In this document: piece by piece, positions 51,721 through 62,759 of the stretch | Numbering within the stretch: position 1 is the stretch's first letter | How the letters are laid out: every line of letters starts with the position of its first letter | From: Scyliorhinus canicula | Taxonomy: Eukaryota | NCBI RefSeq assembly: GCF_902713615.1 | Contig: NC_052152.1 | Location: 209,367,046-209,431,045 of the forward strand | DNA length: 64,000 nt | Direction: 5' to 3' | The notes under the pieces: generated by a model | Told to the model about the DNA's origin: nothing | Databases searched by the model: none | The model's input: the letters and a program-made list of their open reading frames with translations, nothing else | Made by a program: the position numbers and the translations under genes

Positions 51721-52977
51721 TGTAGAGAGAAACAAGAGTTAACATTTCAGCTCACTGACCTTTCAATTAGAGTTTTAGTAGGTTTTAAGCAAGAGTTAGT
51801 GAAATATGGGGAAACAAACAGAAGGAAAGGTCTGTGACTGAATGGCAGGCAGGAGAAATTAAATGACAAAACTCCCAACATTGTCGTCAAACCTGCTAAC
51901 AAAAGCAGTGCTGTTGCTATTTGGCGCATCAACCTCTACCACTCAATACTACTTCCCTTTGCCTTGCACCTTCAAACCGTTTGTCATTTAATCCCTCCTT
52001 TTGCCCTATTACAGACTTTCCCTTTTTTTCTTCATTCCTTTTGACTAATTGTGTTATTATCTGGAAATTTAATGCTAATTAAAGGGTAGTGGGGCAAGTA
52101 AGGAGTGGTGCCTGAACGGTGTGAAGCATAGAGCAGAGGTTATATCAGCGACTAATATAAACTCCCAAGCAAACGGGAAATCGTGGTGGGCTTGTATATG
52201 AAAGAGAGAGTCTGGATGGAGGAGTGGAGGCAGGATGGGTAAGATGGCGGAGGGAGGGAGGTGGGATGGAGGGAGTGGAATGTGATTTTTAAAAAGTTGC
52301 CGAGCCAGAGTTGCCCATCAGGAAGATTATTGCGAATGGTTGAAGAGAAGAAGTTTGTTTGGTAGTTTGAGAGCTGCGAGTAGGTAGGGAGGTAGGGTGC
52401 CTTCAGTTTTTGTGCTAGGTTTGGCTGTGCTGCTATGTGAAAGTGTTCGCTAATTTTCAATCTCGCGATGCAGAGGACCTAGTTACGATTTCTGCAGAGA
52501 CCAGTAACTTCTTTAAAAAAGATTCAAACTTCCAGTTATTCGATGAAAGAGTGACCGTAACAGATTTCATGTTTTGTGACTTTTACTGTAACACGACTAA
52601 AATACACTGTTATTGAACATTACTTTCTTTTTGTAGGGAACTTGTAGTTGAACTACAGAAAATGAGGCACTTTCATTAGTTTTTGGAGAGTTTCTCAAAT
52701 CCATCATCAGTAGTAAAGCCTGCTCCTGGATTCTTCTGCCTGCCTAGTCTGTCCCAAACTACAATCATCTTATACACCTCCTGATTGAAACAACCATTTT
52801 AGAAATGGTGTCCCAGTACAGGCAGCAAATGAAGCTAAGAAAATTCCGATCAGAGGATGGCCCAAGCATTGTGTTGCTTGGTATATTGAATGATTTGTCC
52901 CATGGGTATTTGGTGATTTTATGTCTTTAAGAGACTACCTCTACCTGAACAGCTTCACTCCTTTCCTGTGTTTCCAG

Positions 52978-53142
52978 GCTCAGGCCCGATGCCACCGGAT
53001 TGGACAGAATAAAGCAGTTCAAGTGTATCGCCTCATAACCCGCAACTCGTATGAGCGAGAGATGTTCGACAAGGCCAGTCTCAAGCTGGGTCTCGACAGA
53101 GCTGTACTGCAAGCAATGAATCGCAAAGGAAACACTAATGGG
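52978..53142 (+). CDS. CHD6: CHD6 exon 12/15 (motif VI)
   Basis: ttccag / gtaaag; 165 nt, [55 protein letters not shown]. Confidence 0.96.
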
Positions 53143-53289
53143 GTAAAGTACCTTGCCACTGAAATCACATCTTCTTTTGGAATGCATGCGCTTGCTAAGG
53201 TTGAATCATGATCTTCTGATCATGTTCTTATGTTCTTATGATGCTGAGATTGAAATGGCTTTCTGTTCTGCCCCAGGTGAAATACAGCA

Positions 53290-53770
53290 CAAGGTAAAGC
53301 TCCCTCTACACTATCTCCATCAAACACTCCCAGGACAGGTACAGCACGGGGTTAGATACAGAGTAAAGCTCCCTCTACACTGTCCCGATCAAACACTCCC
53401 AGGATAGGTACAGCACGGGGTTAGATACAGAGTAAAGCTCCCTCTACACTGTCCCAATTAAACACTCCCAGGACAGATACAGCCCGGGTTTAGATACAGA
53501 GTAAAGCTCCCTCTACACTGTCCCCATCAAACACTCCCAGGACAGGTACAGCACGGGGTTAGATTCAAAGTAAAGCTCCCTCTACACTGTCCCCAGCAAA
53601 CACTCCCAGGACAGGTACAGCACGGGGTTATATACAGAGTAAAGCTCCCTCTACACTGTCCCCAGCAAACACTCCCAGGACAGGTACAGCACGGGGTTAT
53701 ATACAGAGTAAAGCTTCCTCTGTAAAGTTCCATCAAATGCTCCCAGGAGACAGACATAGAATGCGGGTAG
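53290..53770. repeat. 69-bp minisatellite, about 7 copies
   Basis: cagagtaaagctccctctacactgtccccatcaaacactcccaggacaggtacagcacggggttagata; gtaaagc recurs at 53294, 53363, 53432, 53501, 53570, 53639 and 53708. Confidence 0.95.
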
Positions 53771-54134
53771 ATAGAGAGCGTGGGCAGGTGCCCATTACCA
53801 TTCTGTTTGATGCTTTACACTGAATTGCGTAACCACTGATGCCAGTGCCATTGTGCGGAGTCCATGAGCATCTCATCCAACTACTGGTTCTCTCCGTTAC
53901 AGAAAGTGAAGCTATATGGATTGGAAAAGTAAACTCAGGGAAGCATTTTCTTGTGACATCCCTCCACACCTGTTACTCTGCTTTTCAGTTCCTAATTATT
54001 TCCCAGTTGGCTTCCTTGGTGTTCAGGACTGTTGCTATTTTTATTCAGTCATTTATGAGATGTTTCTGGCAGTGAGCATTTATTTTCCATCCCAAATCGA
54101 CCTTGAGAAAGTGATGGTTTGCAGCCTTCTTATA

Positions 54135-54433
54135 ATAATATAATCTTTATTGTCGCAAGTAGGCTTACATTAGCCCTGCAATGAAGTTACTGTGAAAATC
54201 CCCCAGTTGCCACACTCCGGCACCTGTTCGGGTACACTGTGGGAGAATTCAGTGTTCAATTACCTAACAGCATGTCTTTCGGGACTTGTGGGAGGAAACC
54301 GGAGCACCCGGAGGAAACCCACGCAGACACGGGAAGAATATGCAGACTCCGCACAGACAGTGACCCAGCCGGGAATCGAACCTGGGACCCTGGCACTGTG
54401 AAGCAACAGTGCTAACCACTGTGCTACCGTGCT
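54135..54433 (-). mobile_element. V-SINE with Rex1-like tail
   Basis: Reverse-strand homologue of 21387-21695. Confidence 0.85.
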
Positions 54434-54598
54434 AGTGTTAAACTGCCGTAGTCTCATTGGTGCAACCGGGGTGCTATTAGGGGGAGAGTTCCAGGTGAAG
54501 GAAAGCAGTTATATGTCCCAAGTCAAGGTGGTGTGAGACTTTGAGTCGTTTGCAACTGTTGACACCTGAAGTCTGGATGTTTTCCTGTGCTTGTGCAG

Positions 54599-54778
54599 GT
54601 GCAGCCATTGTCGAAGATTGAAGTGGAAGATCTCCTTCGTAAAGGAGCATATGGAGCCCTGATGGATGAGGAGGATGAAGGATCAAAGTTTTGTGAAGAG
54701 GACATTGATCAGATACTTCTTCGACGAACTCGCACTATTACCATTGAATCGGAAGGGAAGGGCTCCACATTCGCAAAG
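54599..54778 (+). CDS. CHD6: CHD6 exon 13/15
   Basis: gtgcag / gtcagt; 180 nt, [60 protein letters not shown]. Confidence 0.95.
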
Positions 54779-56291
54779 GTCAGTAGCAATTTTCCATCAC
54801 AGCTTTACACATCCCACTTAAAATGGCCTTCGCCTGCCCCTACTTCATATGTTGGGAAATCATTGACCTGCTTTTCTCGCGAGGAAGGTGACTAACCCAA
54901 GCATGATTTCCAGTATGCCCTGTTCATAGCAGGTTCTGCAGCTAGTGACTGGTAAAACAGGAATGAATAAAATATTATACCTACTCTTATTATTGCAAGA
55001 GGAAACATAAACTCAGGAAATCGCAGTCTGTTTACTGTTGCGCTAATTGAGAGAATTGCGCATTGTGCTACCGAACCTTGCAATGCAGAAAACTATTGAA
55101 ATTGATTTTGGTCTCTTGCTGTGCCGATCCCCGAGGCATCTAAAAGTGATATAACCCTCTAGTTTGTGTCTTAATATGGGACAGTGGAGCCGTCAGTCAG
55201 CCAGCATTCCAGCTCTTCTTCACTATCCAGTGACTGAAGCTGAAAAGAATTCTGCTATGGGCATTGGATGGTTGTTTGGTCTCTGGTGCTATGTTCCCCA
55301 TTTCTCTTCCCTTCCCCACGATTGAATGACCTGCTAACATTCACTGTCGAATTTTCTCACCTCATCCATAGTGATTGTCTACTTGGGTGAAGACTAGAGA
55401 TGTTTTGGAATCTTACCACAGCAGTGCAGAACTACAGATATTTACAGCACACAAAGAGTTCATTCATCCCATCGTGCCTGTGCCGGCCCTTTGCTAGAAT
55501 TATGCCAAATAAATGTCATGGCCACTCTCTCCCCATACCCTTGTTATGGTAAACAGTTTCATGCTTCAATAACTCTGTGAACAGACATTTCTCCTAATCT
55601 CTCTCCTCACTCTGTGATTATATTAAATTGGCATCTCGCCATTGATTCCCCAACTAGCGGAAGTGTTTTTAAATTATTGCCCTGAGGTGAGCGGGAACAG
55701 TAAGAAGAAGAAATTCATTTTGAAAACGTAACTTATTTCCTTTGTTTAATTAACACATTAGAGCCTTAATTAAGTAGTTTGACGGCACTACTCATATGCA
55801 GTGATCATTTGTCCCTTGGTAGAAGGGGAGTGTTTCTCAGACAGGACTCATCGAGTTCGCCGACCAGAGTTTACTGTGAGGTTACATGGTGCAAGAGATT
55901 CTGCCAATCCAGCATCAGTCCCTATTCCTGCGTACCGTGATATAATCTAGGATAATTTTGAGATCCATTACGTTGAACCGTCAGGATTGGTTCCCTCTGC
56001 ACCTCAGAATGTTGGGTCAGGAAGTTCTAATTCTACCTCGCCTCGTGCTCAATGTGATCGTTCAGGTCAGCTTTCAACATGCTGTTAAATGCATTTGCCT
56101 TCAAGCACCACACCATGACCCAAGCAATTTGTTAATTCAGGCATTCCTTTGTAACGCTAGGATTGTGCCCCGGTGAAGTCATTTTATTATCATTTGCGGA
56201 CTTTGTTTATATGTGTTCGTCACTAGTAGTCTTTACAAGGACAAAGAACTTGTTTTTTTTAAATCACCTCCGTCATTTTTTTCTGCTCCAG

Positions 56292-56402
56292 GCCAGTTTC
56301 GTGGCTTCAGGGAATAGAACTGATATTTCTTTAGATGATCCCAACTTCTGGCAGAAATGGGCTAAAATTGCAGAGTTGGATATTGAGTCGAAAAATGGAA
56401 AA
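56292..56402 (+). CDS. CHD6: CHD6 exon 14/15
   Basis: ctccag / gtaagt; 111 nt, [37 protein letters not shown]. Confidence 0.96.
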
Positions 56403-56494
56403 GTAAGTGGTTTTCATTAGTGTTCATCTTGGACAAGGGGTTTGTACATGTCATTATCTCAAAAACATTTATAAATGTAGGGTTAGTCAGAATG

Positions 56495-56770
56495 CTAAAA
56501 ATAATGCTGAGGCCAGTCCCCAGCTGACCTCTGTACTGGCCCACCTGGAGAAACACAGTTAACATTTTGAGTCTGTATGGCTCTTCTAAGCTCATATGGA
56601 CTAATAATGTTAACTCTGTTTCATACAGACTAATAATGTTAACTCTGTTTCATACAGACTAATAATGTTAACTCTGTTTCTCTCCACAAATGCTGCCTAA
56701 CTTGCTTACTTTTCACAGCATTTTCTGATCTTATTTCAGATTTCCATCATCAGCAGTATTTTGCATTTAT
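56495..56770. mobile_element. Penelope-derived inverted repeat with an internal 29-bp triplication
   Basis: (actaataatgttaactctgtttcatacag) x about 3 at 56600-56680, between decayed inverted arms. Confidence 0.55.
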
Positions 56771-57727
56771 TATAGCAGAATAGTGGTTATGATATAACCA
56801 GACCCTTGGATTATTGAGTCTGAAACATGGTTTCAAACCCCAGCCTAGAATTTAAATTCGGTTAAAAACTAAACCTGAATTAAAAAGCTAGTATCCATAA
56901 TGTTGACCATGAAACTACTGGATTGTTATCAAACTTTAGGGAAGGAAATCTGCTGTCCTTACCCGGTCTGGCCTACAGACCACGGCAATGTGGTTGCCTC
57001 TTAACTGCCCTCCAAAATGGTCTGGAATGTTACAGTTCGGCCTAATTGCCAATTAGGAGTGGGCAGTAAATGCTGCCCTTTATCAGTGATATCAACATCC
57101 ACAATTTTTTAAAAAAGTTGTTTATTAAGTGTAATGGTACTGTACACTTGCAGTCCAAGGTATTGAGGCAGGCTATAGCACAGTTTGTTTATATCCTTTA
57201 TATGAAATGCTAAACGAGTGCTCCATTTGTCTATTCACGTGGACATTGAAAATCTACTTGGAAGAAAAAGGGTTACATTTTTCCCTCAACTACTTTGCCT
57301 AAAAAATTGCTCATTCATTTGACTGTATCTGAAGGACATTTTCAGACAGAATTGTTGGCGTGTTATTTTAGTATGAACTAAAGCTGGGGTGGTGGGTGGG
57401 GTGGGCTGGAGTGGACTGCCTGAGAATAGCTGCCTGAAAGCTCCTGCTGCAAATGTTGGGGTAGAAAGAAGCTCACAGGACATGAGGTTGTAGAGGGAGA
57501 GTAGTGGTGGAGAATTGGGTGGAGCAAGGTTGCGGGGCATCTGAGGACAAGATTGGAAGACAAATGGAATGCTAGCCTGTACTGGAAGAGTAAGGATCCC
57601 AGGGATGATGAGAGATTGAAATGGAAAGGGCTGATATTCCCTGGGATTTAGTTGTTAACTGAGTTCCCTGCGATTTGCACAAATTAAACATGCCCTCATT
57701 GATACTTATAACATTCTTCGAGAACGA

Positions 57728-58337
57728 GATCAGGTAGATGGGAACTGGATCAGGTAGATGGGAACTGGATCAGGTAGATGGGAACTGGATCAGGTAGATG
57801 GGAACTGGATCAGGTAGATGGGAACTGGATCAGGTAGATGGGAACTGGATCAGGTAGATGGGAACTGGATCAGGTAGATGGGAACTGGATCAGGTAGATG
57901 GGAACTGGATCAGGTAGATGGGAACTGGATCAGGTAGATGGGAACTGGATCAGGTAGATGGGAACTGGATCAGGTAGATGGGAACTGGATCGGCTAGATG
58001 GGAACTGGATCAGGTAGATGGGAACTGGATCAGGTAGATGGGAACTAGATGGGAACTGGATCAGGTAGATGGGAACTGGATCAGGTAGATGGGAACTAGA
58101 TGGGAACTGGATCAGGTAGATGGGAACTGGATCAGGTAGATGGGAACTAGATGGGAACTGGATCAGGTAGATGGGAACTGGATCAGGTAGATGGGAACTG
58201 GATCAGGTAGATGGGAACTAGATCGGCTAGATGGGAACTGGATCAGGTAGATGGGAACTGGATCAGGTAGATGGGAACTGGATCAGGTAGATGGGAACTG
58301 GATCAGGTAGATGGGAACTGGATCAGGTAGATGGGAA
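57728..58337. repeat. 20-bp minisatellite (gatcaggtagatgggaactg)n, about 30 copies
   Basis: Direct inspection; runs directly into a decayed CR1 3' end (58320-58650). Confidence 0.97.
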
Positions 58338-58930
58338 GCAGCTATTTCTCTTCACTGCAGGTCTGCAACTTGGGTTCTAATTTCAGAATAAAGGGTTGAC
58401 CGTTTTGGATTGATGAGAGATCTCTTCACTCCGAAGGTTGTGAATTGTTGGGATTCTCTATCCTACAGGGCTGTTGATGCTAATCATTGAATATACTCAA
58501 GATGTGTTGATAGATTTCTGGACACTGGGGTCAGAAATTTCAGGATATGGGCATGGGGCAGGCAAGTAGATTGATGTAGAAGTTCAGCTATGACCTTATT
58601 GAGAGGTGGAGTAGGTTCGGTGCACCAAATAGCCGACTCCTATTTCTATTACTTCAGTCATTACTTTCAATTTAATGAGTTAAAAATCAGGAGACCGATA
58701 TAGCTCAACAAGGACAGGAGTGATCGGTGAGCATGACTGACTTATTGTCGGGCAGGAAACGAGTAGTTATATTTTGGATAAGTTGGAAATTATGGAGTGT
58801 AGATTGGGAGGAAGGCCAGTGAGGGGAGCATGGGAATAACTGAATCAAGTGGCACCTGTGGAGATGCTAAGATATGGGAAGTTGATCTTATTGACAGGGT
58901 ATGAGGTTTAAAGGTTTCGTATCTAGCTTA

Positions 58931-59366
58931 GTGATTCTCAAACTGACGATGTAAAGAAACCTTCCAGGGATCTGTGACAGAGGGCCAACCCCGGCGATTC
59001 TCCAGTCCAGCCGGTGTCATTTGTATGTGGTCCTCTCAGCGGGACCTCGCTGTTCTGGCTGCAGGGACCGTCGTGGTGCGGGGGGAGGGGAGCCGACTCC
59101 GGGGGGGGACATTCCGGGCCGGCTCATTCCGGGGAGGGCCTATGTTCCTCCCCGCCGGTCCCCTGTAGGGTTCCGCCATATTGCCCGGGGGCTGGCACGG
59201 AGACGGCTCACGTGGCGGGCCGTGAGCGGAGCACAGCACTCTGCCGCTGTTCTAGCCCGAGGAAGAGGTGAATGCCTGGGCCTGGAGGCCCGTTAACGCC
59301 GGTGTCGCTCGCGCCAGTTTTGACGCCGGTGTCAACTCTTGGCCGGGATTTCGGAGAATCAAGGCC
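58931..59366. mobile_element. GC-rich putative MITE or non-autonomous DNA-transposon remnant
   Basis: CpG-rich island with gattctc...gagaatc inverted ends; no TSD confirmed. Confidence 0.35.
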
Positions 59367-59551
59367 ATCATCTTTAAAGGCATCATCAAAACACACATCA
59401 CTTTTATGAACATTTTGTAGTATTATAATTTAGTTAGGAGTGGTCTGCGCCCCTGATTAGGAATCCATTTGAAAAGAGTTTCTTCAATGAAAAAAGTTTG
59501 AGAATTTCAGGTTGCCCGTGATCTTGTTGAGCCTCGGTGAATAGCTGAAGC

Positions 59552-59583
<32 letters not shown>

Positions 59584-59642
59584 GGGTGGGAAGAAGGAAA
59601 CTGTCAAAGGGAATAGTGATGTACATCTGATATCTCTCACAG

Positions 59643-59845
59643 GACAGCTTGGTAATTGACACACCACGTGTCAGGAAACAGACTAAACACTACAATTCGT
59701 TTGAGGACGATGAGTTGATGGAATTCTCCGAGCTTGACAGTGACAGTGAAGATAGACCTTCAAGGTCTCGCCGTCTTCATGACAAAACCCGGCGATACCT
59801 CCGGGCAGAGTGCTTTCGGGTGGAAAAGAACCTGCTGATATTTGG
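59643..59845 (+). CDS. CHD6: CHD6 exon 15/15 in window
   Basis: tcacag / gtgagt; 203 nt, [68 protein letters not shown]. Residues such as [33 protein letters not shown] and [18 protein letters not shown] match CHD6 as I recall it rather than CHD7/8/9. Confidence 0.94.
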
Positions 59846-60174
59846 GTGAGTGTTTGCACAGGATTCCTCTTGGAGTTAGTTGAATAAAAAGTGAACTGAG
59901 TTTGAGCAAGAAAAACTGCCGTGCAATTCCAGCATACCTTTCTCCACTTCAGCACGTCCCAAAGCACTTTGCAGCTAAGTAAGTATTTTGAAGTGTAGTT
60001 ACTGTGTGACATAGGAACCACAGCACCAATTTGTACACCTGAAAGTCCCACCAGCAGTAATAAGATAATGACTGGATAATCTGAACTGGTTTTATTGCTT
60101 GAGAGGATAGTCAGGACAGAGGGGAGAGAGCTTCTAAAATTTGAAATCCTGCTGTGGGATCTTTCAGTGGATCA

Positions 60175-61470
60175 GCTAAGAGGCCATGGGATCCAGGGCA
60201 ACTTGACAAATTTGATCCAAAATTGGCTCAGTGATAGGAGGCAGAGGGTGATGGTTGAAAGTTGTTTGTGTGACTAGAAGCCTGTGTCCAGTGGTGTTCC
60301 ACGGGGATTGGTACTGGGTCCCTTGCTGTTTTAGTGTAAATTAATGATCTAGTCATGAATGTGGGTGGTATGATCAGTAAGTTCGCAGATGACATGAAAA
60401 TTGGTAGCGTGGGGGCGGCACGTGGCACAGTGGTTAGCACTACGGCGCTGAGGCCCGTGTTTGAATCCCGGCCCTGGGTCACTGTCCGTGTGGAGTTTGC
60501 ACATTCTCCCTGTGTCTGCGTGGATTTCATCCCTACACCCAGAGATGTGCAGGTTAGGTGGATTGGCCACACTAAATTGACCCTGAATTGGAAAAAAATA
60601 ATTAGGTACTCTAAATTAAAAGAAAAAAAGAAAATTGTTAACGTGGTAAATAGCGAGGAGGAAAGCCTAAGATTACAGAATGATATAGACGGGATGGTCA
60701 GATGGGAAAAACAGTGGCAAATGGAGTTAAACCCTGAAAAGTGTAACGTAACGCATTCTGGGAGGTCTAATAAAGCAATGGAATACACAATGAACGGTAG
60801 GATGCCAGGAAGCATAGGATCAGAGGGACCTTGGGGTGGCATGTCCCAAGATGCCTGAAGGAAGCAGGACAGGTGGATAAGGTTCTTAAAAAGGCATATG
60901 GATTACTTGTCTTAATTAGCCATGTGTTTTTAGAGCAGGTTATGATGGAGTTCTATAAAATGCCTTTGAGGCCACAGCTGGAGTACTGTGTGCAGTTCTG
61001 GTCGCCACATTATAGGAAGGATGTGATTGCACTGGAGGGGGTGCAGAGAAGATTCACCAGGATGTTGCCTGGACTGGAGGGTTTCAGCTATGAGGGGGGG
61101 CTGGGGTTGTTCTCCTTGGAGCAGAGAAGATTGAGCAGGGGACCTCATAAAGATGTACAAAATGATGAGGGATATAGATAGGAAAAAAGTTTCCACTTAG
61201 TAGAAGGACCGATAACCAGAGGACATAGATATAAGGTGAGGGGATTGGAGGAAAAACCTTTTCAACCAGTGGAAACTTGGAACTCGCTGTCTGAACGTGT
61301 GATAGAGGTGGGAATCCTCACAACATTTCAGAAGTATTTAGATGAGTACCTGAAACACCACAGCAGACACGGCTACTGACCAAGTGCTGGAAAATGGGTT
61401 TGGAATAGATTGGTGTTTGATGGACATGATGGACTGAAGGGCCTCTTTCTGGGCTGTAAAACTCTATAAC
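60175..61470 (+). mobile_element. CR1 LINE RT and 3' end with a nested short V-SINE (about 60411-60630)
   Basis: KFADDMKIG split by the SINE (imperfect TSD aaaattg.ta.cgtgg); RPQLEYCVQFWSPHYRKD. Confidence 0.88.
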
Positions 61471-61779
61471 TGCGCTAGGAATTGGGTGGAAGAAGGCAAG
61501 AGTTTGTTCTGGAAGGGAGAAGGCAATTTATTTTGTGAAGCAGAGCTTAATGCTTGTCCTGCCCCTTTGTGGTCAAACTGGGTGAGGCCACCTATGGTAG
61601 CTCAGAGGGCCGAAAGGGAGAGGGGTTTGAGGCATCACTTGCTAACATGTTTGAATTTGACGTCTCCAGGAATCGCAATGCTGACCAGTGTTGTGCCTGT
61701 CCAGTTTTGGTCCAGATGGTAAAATGAAGTCTCAAACCTTGCTTTTTAAACCATTTTATAATTCCACTCACCTCTGACT

Positions 61780-62537
61780 CATAGAACCATAGAATCCCTA
61801 CAGTGCTGAAGGAGGCAAATCGGCCCATCGAGTCTGCACCGACCCTCTGAAAGAGCACCCTAACCCGGAACCCCACCTAACCTACACAACTTTGGACACA
61901 AAGGGCAATTTAGCACTTGGCCGATCCACCTAACCACATCTTTGTACTCTGGTAGGAAACTGGTGCACCTGGAGGAAACCCACGCAGACACGGGGAGAAA
62001 GTGCCAATTCCACACAAGACCGGAATTGAACCCGGGTCCCTGGAACTGTGAGGCAGCAGTGCTAACCCAGATTCCTGGTGCTGTGAGGCAGCATTGCTAA
62101 CCCGGGTCCCCGGCATTGTGAGACAGCAGTGCTAACCCAGATTCCTGGTGCTGTGAGGCAGCATTGCTAACCCGGGTCCCTGGCACTGTGAGGCAGCAGT
62201 GCTAATCCGGGCCCTGGCACTGTGAGGCAGCAGTGCTAACCCGGGTCCCTGGTGCTGTGAGACAGCAGTGCTAACCCGGAACCCTGGCACTGTGAGACAG
62301 CAGTGCTAATCCGGGCCCTGGCACTGTGAGGCAGCAGTGCTAACCCGGATCCCTGGTGCTGTGAGACAGCAGTGCTAACCCGGGACCCTGGCACTGTGAG
62401 GCAGCAGTGCTAATCCGGGTCCCTGGTGCTGTGAGGCAGCAGTGCTAACCCGGGTCCCTGGTGCTGTGAGGCAGCAGTGCTAACCCGGGTCCCTGGTGCT
62501 GTGAGGCAGCAGTGCTAACCACAGTGCCACCGTGCCG
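61780..62537 (-). mobile_element. HE1-type V-SINE with a tandemly amplified tRNA head (14 x about 35 bp at 62029-62520)
   Basis: CR1-like tail and V-domain at 61780-62020; unit aacccgggtccctggcactgtgaggcagcagtgct; normal 5' end at 62521-62537. Confidence 0.92.
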
Positions 62538-62759
62538 CTTTGAAGATATTATTTACTGAGACTATTGATGAAACTTGGTGTCGTGGATTCAATGTCAGAG
62601 TGCATGTCACGATTACAGTTCCTTTTAGATTGGACTATGTGAAAGGTGTTAACCCTGTTGCTGACACTGGTTCCGGAAAAGGAAACTATTCCACTTTTTG
62701 ATCCGAATATCACTTTGATCAGTAAAAAAATAAAACTGCCTCTGTACCAACTAATAAAG

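Noticed and set aside
62029-62520. CRISPR-like 35-bp repeats or a tRNA cluster
   Set aside because: No spacers; each unit is a partial SINE head lacking acceptor and T arms.
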